DNA of 64,000 nucleotides from the NCBI RefSeq assembly GCF_004010195.1, contig NC_057720.1, positions 9,494,244-9,558,243 on the forward strand, read 5' to 3'. The position numbers were made by a program, and so were the translations under genes. Of the stretch, positions 24,355-37,278 are shown piece after piece (the first letter of the stretch is position 1; every line of letters starts with the position of its first letter). This DNA is from Chiloscyllium plagiosum. Lineage: Eukaryota. Under the pieces are notes generated by a model. It ran no database searches. It was not told the DNA's origin and worked only from the letters and a program-made list of their open reading frames with translations.

Positions 24355-24776
24355 AATAGTGGTGCTGGAAAGGCACAGCAGGTCAAGCAGCTTCGGAGGA
24401 GCAGGAGAGTTGANNCTGAAGAAAGGCTTATGCCCGAAACATCGATTCTCCTGTTCCCTGGATGCTACCTGACCTGTTATTGTAATTGGTCAGCAAGAAG
24501 GGTGGAGCCGTTAGGCGAGAAGAAAGATGGACAGGTTAGGTCAGTCAAGGAGGCAGGGAGGAGATACAGGGCTAGATGAGGGATGAGATTGGGGGTGGGG
24601 AGATTTTGAAGCTGGTGAACTCTATGTTGAGGCCATTGGGTTGTAAGCTCTGGAGGAGGAAGATGAGGTGTTGTTCCTCCAGTTTGCATGTGGCTTCACT
24701 TTGACAGTGGAGGGGGCCCAGGAAGGACATGTTGCCAAGGGACTGGGTGTGGGAGGAGGAGTTGAAATAGTTGGCA
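24355..24776 (-). mobile_element. PLE GIY-YIG C-terminal fragment (24480-24776) plus inverted family A arms across a 2-N gap
   Basis: VANYFNSSSH...CKLEEQHLIFLLQSLQPNGLNIEFTSF; NN at 24414-24415 sits at the fold. Confidence 0.8.
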
Positions 24777-25444
24777 ACATAGAACATAGAACATAGAACA
24801 ATACAGTGCAGAACAGGCCCTTTGACCCTCGATGTTGCAGCGACCTATGAATTAATCTAAGCCCATTCCCCCACAATATCCCATCATCATCCATATGCTT
24901 ACCCAATAACAGTTTAAATGCCCATAATATGACTGAGTTAACCGCATTGGCAGTCAGGGCATTCCACGCCCTTACTACTCTCGGTGTAAAGAACCTGCCT
25001 CTGACATCTGTCTTAAATCTATCACCCCTCAATTTGCAGCTATGCCCCCTCGCACAAGCCAAAGTCCATCATCCTAGGAAAAAGACTCTCACTGTCCACC
25101 CTATCTAATCCTCTGATCATCTTGTATGTCTCTACTAAATCAACTCTTAGATCCAAGTCCCTCAGCCTTTCCCCATAAGTCGTTCCCTCCAGACCAGGTT
25201 TACCTGGTAAACCTCCTCTGCTCTTTTTCCAATGCTTCCACATCCTTCCTGTAATGGAGCAACCAGAACTGTACACAATATTACAGTGCAGCCGCACTAG
25301 CACTTTGTACAGTTACAGCATGACACCATGGCTCCAGAACTCAATCCCTCTACCAATAAAACCTAACACACCGTGTTCCTTTTTAACAGCACTATCAACC
25401 TGGGTAGCAACGTTCAGGGATCTATGTACACAGAAACCAAGATC

Positions 25445-25568
25445 CCTGAAGAAGGGCTTATGCCCGAAACGTCGATTCTCCTGTTCCCTGGATGCTGCCT
25501 GACCTGCTGCGCTTTTCCAGCAACACATTTTTAGCTCTGATCTCCAGCATCTGCAGCCCTCACTTTTT
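25445..25568 (+). mobile_element. Family A single arm starting at the hammerhead core
   Basis: CTGAAGA a GGGC ttat GCCC GAAA cg TC at 25446-25473 is intact; host CR1 sequence resumes on both sides (tccct). Confidence 0.88.
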
Positions 25569-25685
25569 CCCTCTGCATATCCATACTACCAAGAACCTTT
25601 CCATGCCCCAGTATTCTGCCTTCCTGTTATTCTTCCCAAAGTGAATTACCTCACATTGATCTGCATTGAACCCATTTACCCACCT

Positions 25686-27160
25686 CTTTAGTAAGGTGTT
25701 TGATAAGGTTCCCCATGGTAAACTAACAGAGAAAGTGAAGTCACATGGTGTGCAGGGTGTTCTAGCTAGGTGGATAAAGAACTGGTTGAGCAACAGGAGA
25801 CAGAGAATAGTAGTTGAAGGGAGTTTCTCAAAATGGAGAACAGTGACCAGTGGTGCTCCACAGGGGTCAGTATTGGGGCCACTGTTGTTTGTAATATACG
25901 TAAATGATCTGGAAGAGGGCATTGTTGGTCTGATCAGTAAGTTTGCAGATGACATGAAGATTGGTCGAGTAGCAGAAAACAGAATACAGGAGAATATAGA
26001 TAGACTGGAGAGTTGGGTGGAGAAGTGGCAGATGGAGTTCAATCCAGGGAAATGTGAGGTGATGCATTTTGGGAAGTCTAATTCTAGAGCGAACTATACT
26101 GTAAATGGAAGAGCCTTGGGAGAAGTTGATGAGCAGAGATATCTGGGAGTTCAGGTCCATTGTACCCTGAAGGTTGCTGGATAGAGTGGTCAAGAAGGCA
26201 TATAGTATGCTTGCCTTCATTGGATGAGGTATTGAGTCTCACAGCTGGCAAGTCATGTTAAAATTGAACAAGATATTGGTTCAGCCACATTTAGAATACT
26301 GTGTACAGTTCTGGTCGCCACATTACCAAAAGGATATGGACGCTTTGGAGAGGGTGCAGAGAAGGTTTATGAGGATGTTGCCTGGTATGGAAGATTAGAT
26401 TAGATTACTTACAGTGTGGAAACAGGCCCTTCAGCCCAACAAGTCCACACCGACCCGCATAAGCGTAACCCACCCATACCTCTACATTTACCCCTTTTAA
26501 CCTAACACTACGGGCAATTTAGCATGGCCAATTCACCTGACCCGCACATCTTTGTGACTGTGGGAGGAAACCAGAGCACCTGGAGGATACCCACGCAGAC
26601 ACGGGGAGAACGTGCAAACTCCACACAGTCAGTCGCCTGAGTCGGGAATTGAACCCGGATCTCTGGCGCTGTGAGGCAGCAGTGCTAACCACTGTGCCAC
26701 CGTGCCGCCCACCGAAAGGTGCTAGCTATGAAGAGAGATTGAGTAGGTTAGGTTTGTTTTCATTAGAAAAAAGGAGATTGAGGGGGGACCTGATTGAGGT
26801 TTACAAAATCATGAAGGGTATAGACAGGGTGGATAGAGACAAGCTTTTTCCCAGGGTGAAGGATTCAATAACCAGAGGTCATGCTTTCAAGGTGAGAAGT
26901 GGCACGTTTAAAGGGGATACACACAGCAATTACGTCACACAGAGGGTGGTGGCCGTTTGGAACGCGTTGCCAGCAGAGGTGGTCAAGGCAGGCACAGTAG
27001 ATTCATTTAAGATGTGCCTGGACTGATGCATGAGTAGGTGGGGAGCAGACGGATACAGATGTTTAGGAATTGGGTGACAGGTTTAGACAGTACATTTGGA
27101 TCGGCTCAGGCTTGGAGGGCCGAAGGGCCTGTTCCTGGGCTGTAAATTTTCTTTGTTCTT
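25686..27160 (+). mobile_element. CR1 LINE 3' part nested in opposite orientation
   Basis: FSKVFDKVPH...PQGSVLGPLLFVIYVNDL...KFADD; the outer element resumes at about 27165. Confidence 0.92.
26392..26710 (-). mobile_element. Full-length young HE1-type V-SINE
   Basis: gggcggcacggtggcacagtggttagcac (A box), gggttcaattcc (B box), CpGs retained, (aatct)n tail. Confidence 0.93.
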
Positions 27161-29500
27161 GTCCTTTGCCCTCTCAGCCCAATTCTGCAGTTTATTCAAG
27201 TCCCCCTGCAACCTGTAACATTCTTCCACACTGTCCACTACTCCACCGACTTTAGTGTCATCTGCAAACCTATTAACCCATCCACCTATGCCTGTGTCTC
27301 AGTCTTTTGTAAAAATGACAAACAGCAGTGGTCCCAAAACAGATCCTGGTGGCACACCACTAGTAATAGGACTCCAGACTGAATATTTTCCATCCACCAC
27401 CACTCGCTGCCTTCTTACAGAAAGCCAGTTTCTAATCCAAATTGCTAAATCACCCTCAATCCCATAACTCTGCATTTTCTCTAAAAGCTTTCCATGTGGA
27501 ACCTTATCAAAGGCTTTACTGAAGTCCATGTACACCATGTCAACTGCCCCACCCTCATCCACATGCTTGATCACCTTCTCTAAAAAGAGGGGATTTTGTG
27601 AGACATGACCTGCCCTTGATGAAATCATGTTGACTATCTCCAATCAAATTGTTGCTTATCTCTTATAGGCTTTGCCAACACTTTTCCGACAACAGACGTA
27701 AGGCTCACTGGTCTATAATTACCTGGGTCATCTCTGCTGCCCTTCTTGAACAAGGGCAGGACATTTGCAATACTCCAGTCTCTGGTACTAAACTCATTGA
27801 CAGTGATAATGCAAATATCAAGGCCAAAAGCTCCACCATCTCCTCCTTTCATCTCTGCAATGTTCTCCCTCTCCAGAGTGAAAACAGATGTGAAACATTC
27901 ATTTAGCACTTCTCTGATCTCCACAGGATCCACACACAACTTCCCACTTGCATCTCCACAGGATCCACACACAACTTCCCACTTCCCACTTCCCACTTTG
28001 ACTGGCCCTATTCCTACCCTAGTCATCCTTTTATTCCTCACATACCTATAGAAAGCTTTAGGGTTCTCCTTTATTCTACCGGCTAAAGACTGCTCAGATC
28101 CGCTCTTTGCTCTTTTGAACTCTCTCTTTAAATCCTTTCTAGCTATTCTGTTACTCACCATCACCTCATCCGAACCATCTCGTCTCATTATCACATAAAT
28201 CTCCTTCTTCCACTTAGCAAGAGATACAATATTTTTAGTAAATCACGGTTCCCTTGCCTTATCACTTCCTCCCTGTCTGACAGGGACATACTTATCAAAT
28301 AAATGCAATATCTGTTCCTTAAACCAGCTCCACATTTCGATTGTCCCCATCCCCTGCATTTTGCTACCCCATTCTATGCCTCCTAAGTTTTGCCTAATCG
28401 CATTATAATTGCCCTTCCCCCATCGATAACTCTTGCCCAGTGGCATGTACCTATCCCTTTCCATCGCTAAACTAATGTAACTGAATTATGGTCAGTCTCC
28501 CCAAAGTGCTCACCTACCAAGAAATCAAATTCTTGATTCATTACCAAGCACCAGGTCCAGTATGACCTCCCCACTTGTTGGCCCTTCGACATACTGTATC
28601 AGGAAACCCTCCTGTACACATTGGACAACAACTGACGTACTAGAGTTATAACATTTCTAATCAATGTTGGGGAAGTTAAAGTTCCCCACAATGACTACCC
28701 TGTACCTTTCACTCCTGCCCAGAATCATTTTGCCAATCCTCTCATCCACATCCTTGGAACTCTGCAGAGGCCTGTAAAAGACTCCCAGCAGTGTGACCTC
28801 TCCTCTCCTGTTTCCAACCTCAGCCCAGTCCACCTCAGTAGACGAATCCTCGTCAAAAGTCCTTTCAGCCACCGTTATACTGTCCTTGACTAACCAAGCC
28901 ACACCTCTCCCTCTTTTACCACCTTCTCTGATCTTAATGAAAGATCTAAACTCTGGAACCTGCAACATCCATTCCTGACCCTGCTCTATCCATGTCTCAG
29001 AAATGGCCACAACATCAAAGTCCCACGTACCTATCCATACTCACCTACCTTATTCCGGATTCTCCTGGTGTTGAAGTAGACACGCTCCAAACCAGCTTGC
29101 TGTCTGCCAGCACACTCCTGTGACTGTGAACTCCTGTCCATGCTCTCCCTACTCACATCCTCCTGTGCACTGGAACCTCACTACAGGTTCCCATATGCCT
29201 GCTGAGCTAGTTTAAACACAAGCAAATTTCCCACCCAGGATATCAGTACCCCTCTGCTTCAAGTGAAGACCATCCTGCTTGTAGAGATCCCAATTTCCCC
29301 AGAATGAGCCCCAATTATCTCTCTACTTGAAACCCTCCCTCCTGCACCATCCCTGCTGCCACATGTGCAGCTGATATCTCTCCCTGTTCTTCGCCTCGTT
29401 ATCACGTGGCACTGGTAACAATCCAGAGGTAACAACTCTGTTTGTTCTAGCGCGCAGCTTCCACCCTCGCTCCCTGAAATCCTGCCTTACATCCCTATCC

Positions 29501-29667
29501 AGGAGAAAGTGAGAACTGCAGATGCTGGAGATCAGAGCTGAAAATGTGTTGCTGGAAAAGCGCAGCAGGTCAGGCAGCATCCAAGGAGCAGGAGAATCGA
29601 CGTTTCGGGCATGAGCCCTTCCTCAAGAAGGGCTGACCTGCTGTGCTTTTCCAGCAACACATTTCAG
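29501..29667. mobile_element. Self-inverted family A insert with internal deletion in right arm
   Basis: TSD cttacatcc(c/t)tatcc at 29486-29500 and 29668-29682. Confidence 0.9.
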
Positions 29668-31879
29668 CTTACATCCTTATCCCTCTTTCTACCTGTGTCT
29701 TTGGTACCTTTGTAGAATGAGACATGGGGCTGGTCACCTTCTCCCTTCAGGACCCCAAGGATATGATCCGAGACGTCACGGACCTGGCACCTGGGAGGCA
29801 ACACACCAACCGTGAGTGTCTTTCATTCCCAACAGACCTATCTGACCCTCTAACTATTGAGTCCGAAATGACTAACACTCTCCTCCTTTCCCCCCCACCT
29901 TCCCTTCTGTGCAACATGGACAGACGCTGGAGAAAGGTGTTGATTGGAGCATAAAGAACACAGATGCTCCATGGACCTTATTATCTCTTAGTGTAGATCG
30001 ATAATCGTTTTTGTTGGTGCAGAGTTCATGGGTTGAAGGACCATTTCTGTGCTCTACCATTCTATGAAGTCTATGCTAATATGTCTCACTGGATGATATT
30101 TATATCTTTAAGAGTTAAAGCAGCTACATGAGGTGAAGATGACAGAGAATGCCTTTTTTGGCAGTTCCTCATTATCGAGGAGTCTTTCAAACTTTGAAAA
30201 GGATTGGGTAAAATAATGAATTATTGACAAAAAAAAATCATCAGAGCGCACTCCAGAGAAGAGGTTTAATTTTCTCCTCGTGTTAAGCAAAGTAAAGAGA
30301 TTATACAAATTGGAATTAGTTCCAATCCTAAAGACCTCTTTTACATGAGTGCTACTTCTTTCTCCCAGTATAGTTTTACAGCAGCAATTAAGGAAGGCAG
30401 CTCACCACTATTTTCTCCAGGGTAATTAAGGATGGGCAATAAAAATTTGCCAGTGATGCTCTCAGAAATGAATAGAAAACTTGTACTTTTACTGCCAGGT
30501 CGTAACCTATACTCAGCTGCATATAACAGATAAGCCTTCACTCCCATCAAATCTACTGAGGTTCACACGCATTGAACCAGTGTTGCTTATTAGCAGTTGC
30601 ACAGTTTTTATTTTCTCTGTCCACAGAGAATAATGGGACTGAATAATTCCTTTTAGCAGCAACACATTAATCTCTGGCACTTGGGTGCTTTTAAATGCTT
30701 GTTTTTTTGTTTATCTGCTGTGATGAGTCAGCCCAGAATTGGCATGGAATTGGAAAAGACATGTGCTGTTGCCCCAATTAATAAGGATCACTGTTGCAGT
30801 GGTGCAAAGATATTATTGGCAATAACAATTGATTCTTTATTGCAAACCAGAGCAAATAACAACGCATTACACTGCATAAGGTTCACACTCTTCCCTGGCA
30901 TTTCAGGAGTTGAATAATGGCAGAGTTTTGACATAAAGCAAAATTCTATTTAAATCTCAATTGAAGTTTCTTTCTGCTGTGCCTTTTGCTCTATCGCCAT
31001 CATTAGAATTTAATAAAATGTTAGTTTATCAATTTAAATATTCATCCAGCAATGCATAATACTGTACTGCGCTGCAGAATAAAATTACTCTTTAGTGCCA
31101 CTGTACCACATGCATTTTATTAAGAGAACATTAATATCAATGCACAGAATGAAAGTCAAATCTTGCATTGTATAACTTTGGAAGATTAATTTTAGAATGT
31201 TCGACTATAATTAAGAATTCCATCGCAAAAATTTGGCTGTGAGTGGAGGAGGGAAAGGAATAACTGCTTGGAACGCACAGAGGCAAAGTTGAGGCATCGA
31301 ATGCAGCAAGTTAGCCTCCAAATACCTCACACCCCCAAATCTTCAAGCATGCATCTAACAGAATCAGTATATCATTCACTGGGACATATCAGCCATCTCA
31401 GAACTTACTGAACCCCAATGGGAATAGGTCATCCTCTGAAGGAGAAGAAGAGGCAGATTTGCCAATAATTCTCAAATGTAGCTTTCAGTCTGAAGACCAA
31501 CTGGGTTAAAGGATTCAGGTCAGGGTACTAGCAGGACTCAGAGACCAAAGTAAAGAGAAACTAGCAAAATTCAATGCAGGGGAGGTAATGGCCAAGTGCT
31601 ATTATCACTGTCCTGTTAATCTCGTGACCCAGCTAATGTTCCAAGGACCTGAGTTCAAATCCCAGCATGATAGTTGGTGGAATTTGAATTCAAGAAAAAT
31701 CTGCAATTAAGAATCTAATGATGACTATGAATCCATTGTTAGGGAAAGCCTATCTGGTTCACTAATTCTCTTTAGGGAAGGAACCTGCCATCCTTACCTG
31801 GTCAGGCCTACATGTGACTCCAGGCCCACAGAAACGTGGATGACCCTGGACAAATAGAGATTTACCATTCACAAAACTT

Positions 31880-33900
31880 AAGTTGTCCACCTCCTTATCT
31901 GAGGAAGGATGTTCTGGATACAGAGAGAATGCAGTGAAGACTTACCAGATTGATCATTGGGATGGCAGGACCGATGTAGGAAGAGAGATGGATTTGTTAG
32001 AACCATGTTCACAAGAGGTCAGAGAAGTGAAGGAGGGGATATCATAGAAACCTATAAAATTCTAACAGGACTAGACAGGGTAAACACAGGAAGGATGTTC
32101 CCAATAACCTGGAAGTCCAGAACCAGGTGTCACAGTCTAAGGATACAGGTAGGTCAATCAGACTGAGATAAGAAGAAATTTCTTCATGCAGAGTGTGATG
32201 AGTCTACGGAATTCTCTTCCACAGAAAGCATTTGAGGCTAAATCATTGAAAATTTTTAAGAAGGAGATAGATGTAGATAAAGTCATAGAGATGTACAACA
32301 CAGAAACAGATCCTTCGGTCCAACTCATCAACCAAATCTTCTAACACAATCTAGTCCCACCTGCCAGCACCCGGCCTATATCCCACCAATTCAGGCAGCA
32401 TCCGAAGATAGGCAAAATCTGCTGGAAGAGCACAGCAATTCAGGCAGCATCCGAAGACAGGCAAAATCGGCAGCATCCGAAGGTTTGCCTGTCTTCGGAT
32501 GCTGCCTGAATTGCTGTGCTCTTCCAGCACCACTGATCCAGAATCTGGTTTCCAGCATCTGCAGTCATTGTTTTTACCTTATATCCCACCAAATCCATCC
32601 TATTCATATACCCATCCAGATACCTTTTAAATGCTGTAATTGTACCAGCCTCCCTCACCTCCTCTGGCAGCCTATTCCACACGCACACACAACCTCTGCA
32701 TGAAAACATTTCCCTTAGGTGTCTTTTCCCTCTCACTCTGAACTAATTGATTAGATTCCCTACAGTGATGAAACAGGCCCTTCTGTCCAACAAGTAACCC
32801 ACCCAGACCCATTTCCCTTTGACTAATGCACCTAACACTATGGGCAATTCACCTGGCCTCCACATCATTGGACTGTGGGAGGAAACCGGAGCACCCAGAG
32901 GAAACCCACACAGACACAGGAGAATGTGCTAACTCCACAGCAGACAGTCGCCCAAGGCTGGAATCGAACCCAGATCCCTGGACATTGTGAGGCAGCAGTG
33001 CTAACCACTGAGCCACTGTGCCACTCTCCAGTCCTGGACTCCCCCACCCCAGGAAAAAGATCTTGTCTATTTATCCTATCCATGCTCCTCATAATATTGT
33101 AAACCTCTATAAGGTCACCCCTCAGCCTCCGACGCTCCAGGGAAAATAGCCCTAGCCTGTTCAGCCTCTCCCTGTAGCTCAAATTAAGGGCTACGGGGAG
33201 AATGAGGGTAAGTGGAGTTGAAATGCCCTTCAGCCACGATTGAATGGCGGAGTGGACTCGATGGGCCGAATGGCCTTACTTCCGCTCCTATGTCTTATGG
33301 TCTTATGGTCTAAATCCTCCAACCCTGACAACATCCTTGTAAATCTTTTCTGAACCCTTTCAAGTTTCACAACATCTTTCCGATAGGGAGGAGACCAGAT
33401 TTGCACGCAATATTCCAACAGTGGCCTAACCAATGTTCTGTCCAGCCGCAACATGACCTCCCAACTCCTGTACTCAATACGCTGACCAATAAAGTAAAGC
33501 ATACCAAACGCCTTCTTCACTATCCTATCTACCTGCAACTCTACTTTCAAGGAGCTATGAACCTGCACTCCAAGGTCTCTTTGTTCAGCAACACTCCCTA
33601 AGACCTTACCATTAAGTGTATAAGTCCTGCTAAGGTATGCTTTCCCAAAATGCAGTACCGCGCATTTATCTAAATTAAACTCCATCTGCCACTTAGCCCA
33701 TTGGCTCATCTGATCAAGATCCCATTGTAATCCGAGGTAACCTTCTTTGCTATCCACTACACCTCCAATATTAGGGCTAGAGAGGTTAAAGAATATGGGG
33801 GAGAAAGTGGGAACAGGGGACTGAGTTAGATGATCAGCCATGATCATATTGAAGACCTAAATGGTCTACTCCTGCTCCTATTTTTTTATGTTTCTATGTT
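31880..33900. mobile_element. CR1 nest: old + copy split by a - copy (32280-33770) that holds an HE1 SINE (32748-33024) and a CR1 tail (33186-33311)
   Basis: ORF 33230-33847 is CR1 RT/C-terminus; the + copy reads through across 32278/33771. Confidence 0.85.
32390..32579. mobile_element. Rearranged self-inverted family A-related insert with three iterations of ggcagcatccgaag
   Basis: Exact 13-bp TSD tatatcccaccaa at 32377-32389 and 32580-32592; ribozyme segment absent. Confidence 0.85.
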
Positions 33901-34214
33901 TCAGGATAGCATCCCATCGTGGAGAATGGAGCAATATTGATTACTGGTAACACAACAATGGGTACTAAGTAAAATGGTGCTAATATTGACCCATCACTCT
34001 CCCAGTTGACCTGTATTCTGAAGACGGAAATGCCTAACACCGTGAGGAGGACACTCAGCTCAACTCCGCCATTCCTTTGGTACCTCCATTTCATCTAGCT
34101 CCATTTCTCTCATTGCTCTAATCTAGCGAAAATCTACCTCTCTAAATCATGAAAGCTCCCATTAAACTAAAACATCCATGACTTTTAGGACAAAGACTGT
34201 GGGCTTCTACAAAT

Positions 34215-35928
34215 GTTGGCTTTTATAGGTAAAGGAATAGAATATTATATTAAATTCCCTACTGTGTGGAAACAGGCCATTCAGTCCAACAAGTCCACAC
34301 TGACCCTCCGAACAGTAGCCCACTCAGATCCATTTCCCTTTGACTAATACACCTAACAATATGGACAATTTAGCATGGCCAATTCACCTGATCTGCACAT
34401 CTTTGGATTGTGGAAGGAAACCAGAGCACCCAGAGGAAACCCACGTAGACACGGGGAGAATGTGCAAACTCCACACAGACATTCACCAAAGTGGGAATCA
34501 AATCTGGGTCTCTAGCACTGTGAGGCACCAATGGTAACCACTGAGCCACTGTGCCACCCCTAATACGAAGGGAAGGAAGTATTCTTGCAACTATACAAGG
34601 TATCAGTGAGACTGTAGCTGGAGTATTGTGCACAGTTTTGGTCCCCTTATTTGAAGAAAGATGTAGTGGCATTGGAGGCAGTTCAGAGAGTGTTCACTAG
34701 AATGATCCCAGAGATGAGCGGTTTGTTGTATGAAGAGAGGCTGAACAATTTAGGCCTATACTCTCTGGAAATTAGAAGAAGGAGGGGAGATCAAATGAGA
34801 TATTCAAGATGATAAAGGTGTGGATAAAATCGATGTGGAGCGGATGTTTCCTCTTGTGGGGCATTCTAGGATGAGAGGCCATAGTCTGAGGATATGGGAC
34901 AGCAAAGGGTTGTGCATCTGTGGAATTTGTTACCCCAAAGTGCGGTGGATGCTGGGACATTGAATAAATGTAAGGAGGATTTAGACAGATTTTTAATTGG
35001 TAATGGGTTGAAGGGATATTTAGGGAAGGCAGGAAAATGGGGGTGAGGAGCATATCGGTCATGATCGAATGGAGGAGTAGACTCGATGAGCTGAATGGCC
35101 TATTTCTGCCCCAATATATCTTATCTTACAATTCTGTGTGGAAGTTATGATCATAGACATTAATTCTGATTGTGAGGAATACTAAAACAGTAAAGGGCAG
35201 AACCCTTATTAGCATCAACAAACAGAGGGATCTAGATGTTCAGGTCCACAGGTAGCTACACAGGTCCTGAAAGTAGCAGCAAAAGTGGGGAAGGTGATCA
35301 AGGAGGCATGTGGCATGCTTGCTTTCATGAGTTGGGGTGTAGAGTATTAAAATTGGCAAGTCATTCTGCAGCTGCATAAAACTTTAGTTGGGTCACGTTT
35401 GGAAGATTGCATACATTTCTGGTCACCACACTGCTGGAAAGATGTGGAGACTTTGGAGACAATCAACAGGAATGGTTTATAGGAATGCTGCCTGATTTGA
35501 GGGTATTAATTATGAGGACAGATTGTACAAACTTTGCTTGTTTCCACTTGAATGTCAGAAACTAATGGAGATGATCTGAAAGAACTTCACAAAATTATGA
35601 GAGGTGTCAATAGAATTCGGAGTCTTTTTCCCAGGGTAGAAATGTCTATTGCTAGGGGATATAAGTTGAAGGTGAAAGTGGGTAAGTTTAAAGGAAATGT
35701 GAGAGGCAGATTTTTTACACTTAGGATTTTAAATGCCTGGGATAAGCTACTAGAGGAGGTCGTGGTGGCAGATATAATGGCAATGTTTAAATGGCATCTT
35801 GACAGATCCACAAATAGTCAGGGAATAGCTGCAAAAGGTTTTTAGTTTAAAAAGGTGTGATGTGTTGATGCAGGCTTGGTGAGCCGAAAGGCCTGTTCTT
35901 GTGCTCTACTTTTCTTTGTTCTTTGTTT
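34215..35928 (+). mobile_element. Two CR1 3' fragments; HE1 SINE (-) at about 34250-34560
   Basis: gcagttcagagagtgttcactagaatgatccc; tail ttctttgttctttg at about 35915. Confidence 0.8.
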
Positions 35929-36852
35929 TGTGATGGCACAGTATATGACATCATAGGAAGTGATTCATTGTCACATGATCTTGGTCTGTCTTGCAGTCTC
36001 ACGGCAAGATGAATGGTTCTTAAATATAGATAATATTTTACTCACCCTCAATTCATTTGCAAAGTATCCTTCAGCAGTGCAACAAGACCAGCCGTGGCAG
36101 AAAGTGAAAGAACAATGTCGAGAAGTCACTGCTATTACTGAAAAATTATCATGTTTCAGTTCCAAATTAAGCAGAAATGAAGCTGAATTGATGCTTAAGA
36201 TCGAAAAGGTGCTGTACAGCAAATGGCCTTGCTGCAAAACTAAGTAGTAAGCAGGTCAGTGGGCTATTGTGTGCATTTGGTAATAGTACAGACAATGCCC
36301 TATTCTGACAAAAAGATCAATGAAGAAAAAGCTATATGTGAGGGTGATATAAAAGTCATTTCAATCTATGATGAAACACCATTGCCAAGGGGGCTACATT
36401 CAATATGTTTACCGAGTTTACAAGGGAAAAATATTGATACGTCATCAATGATCTGCAGAGATATGCAAAGGGCTATGAACGTAGGACCTTCAAAGAACTA
36501 ATTAGGAATAAGATTGTAGTCAAAGTCTGAGATGAAGCATGGTCTGATCACTTGCAATCAAGGGCTGACTGAACATTAACAAAAAGACTTCAACAGAGCA
36601 GGGAAGTGGAGGTCAGAGAGTAAAATTGATTGGTGATTTAGGTGACATATCCCAGAAACGATTGACTCAGCGAGGTCTCTTAAATTTAAAAACAGTGTAG
36701 TGCCTGTCCAAAAGTAGGGAAAGCAGGAATAGTGTGCTCCAACTGCCTCATCTCTTAATAGTGTGGTGAGAATAATGAACAGGCATGAAAGCTGTCCCAC
36801 CAAAGAGAGCACATATACAGAATAAGCCAGATAACAATGACATGACTTTCCT

Positions 36853-37278
36853 TATGATGTTGTGGTTCTGTTCGCCGAGCTGGGAATTTGTCTTGCAAAC
36901 GTTTCGTCCCCTGTCTAGGTGACATCCTCAGTGCTTGGGAGCCTCCTGTGAAGCGCTTCTGTGATGTTTCCTTCGGCATTTATAGTGGCCTGTCTCTACC
37001 GCTTCCAGTTGTCAGTTCCAGCTGTCCACTGTAGTGGCCGGCATATTGGGTCCAGGTCGATGTGTTTGTTGATAGAGTCTGTGGATGAGTGCCATGCCTC
37101 TAGGAATTCCCTGGCTGTTCTCTGTTTGGCTTGTCCTATAATAGTAGTGTTGTCCCAGTCAAATTAATGTTGCTTGTCATCTGCATGTGTGGCTACTAAG
37201 GATAGCTGGTCGTGTCGTTTCGTGGCTAGTTGGTGTTCATGGATACGGATCGTTAGCTGTCTTCCTGGTTGTCCTATG
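36853..37278 (-). mobile_element. Penelope/Poseidon-type PLE 3' fragment (family D)
   Basis: IGQPGRQLTIRIHEHQLATKRHDQLSLVATHADDKQH*FDWDNTTIIGQAKQRTAREFLEAWHS (GIY-YIG second half). Confidence 0.88.
36895..36934 (-). ncRNA. Minimal type I hammerhead ribozyme motif, family D
   Basis: gca CTGAGGA t GTC-a-CCT agac AGG-g-GAC GAAA cg TT tgc. Confidence 0.75.

Larger units (their letters stand above)
24777..29917 (-). mobile_element. Long decayed CR1 LINE (ORF1 esterase, APE endonuclease, RT, tail) with nested inserts
   Basis: GWKLRARTNRVVTSGLLPVPR; AISETW...GVFYRP...GNFNFPNID; NYRPVSLTSVVGK; YMDFSKAFDKVPH; tail (ttctatg)n at 24777. Confidence 0.92.

Noticed and set aside
24410..24420. Palindromes as pure assembly artefacts (NN at one fold)
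   Set aside because: Other copies have clean TSDs, interrupt host repeats precisely and show arm-specific mutations. This one copy remains uncertain.
25666..26184. Functional reverse transcriptase genes (also 42535-43474 and 45959-47247)
   Set aside because: CR1 ORF2 fragments with frameshifts, stops and nested inserts; none is intact.
26620..26710. tRNA genes
   Set aside because: A/B boxes belong to SINE heads that continue into the V-domain; no complete cloverleaf.
32390..32500. CRISPR-like repeat-spacer pattern
   Set aside because: Eukaryotic context, irregular units, and the 'spacers' derive from the same element.
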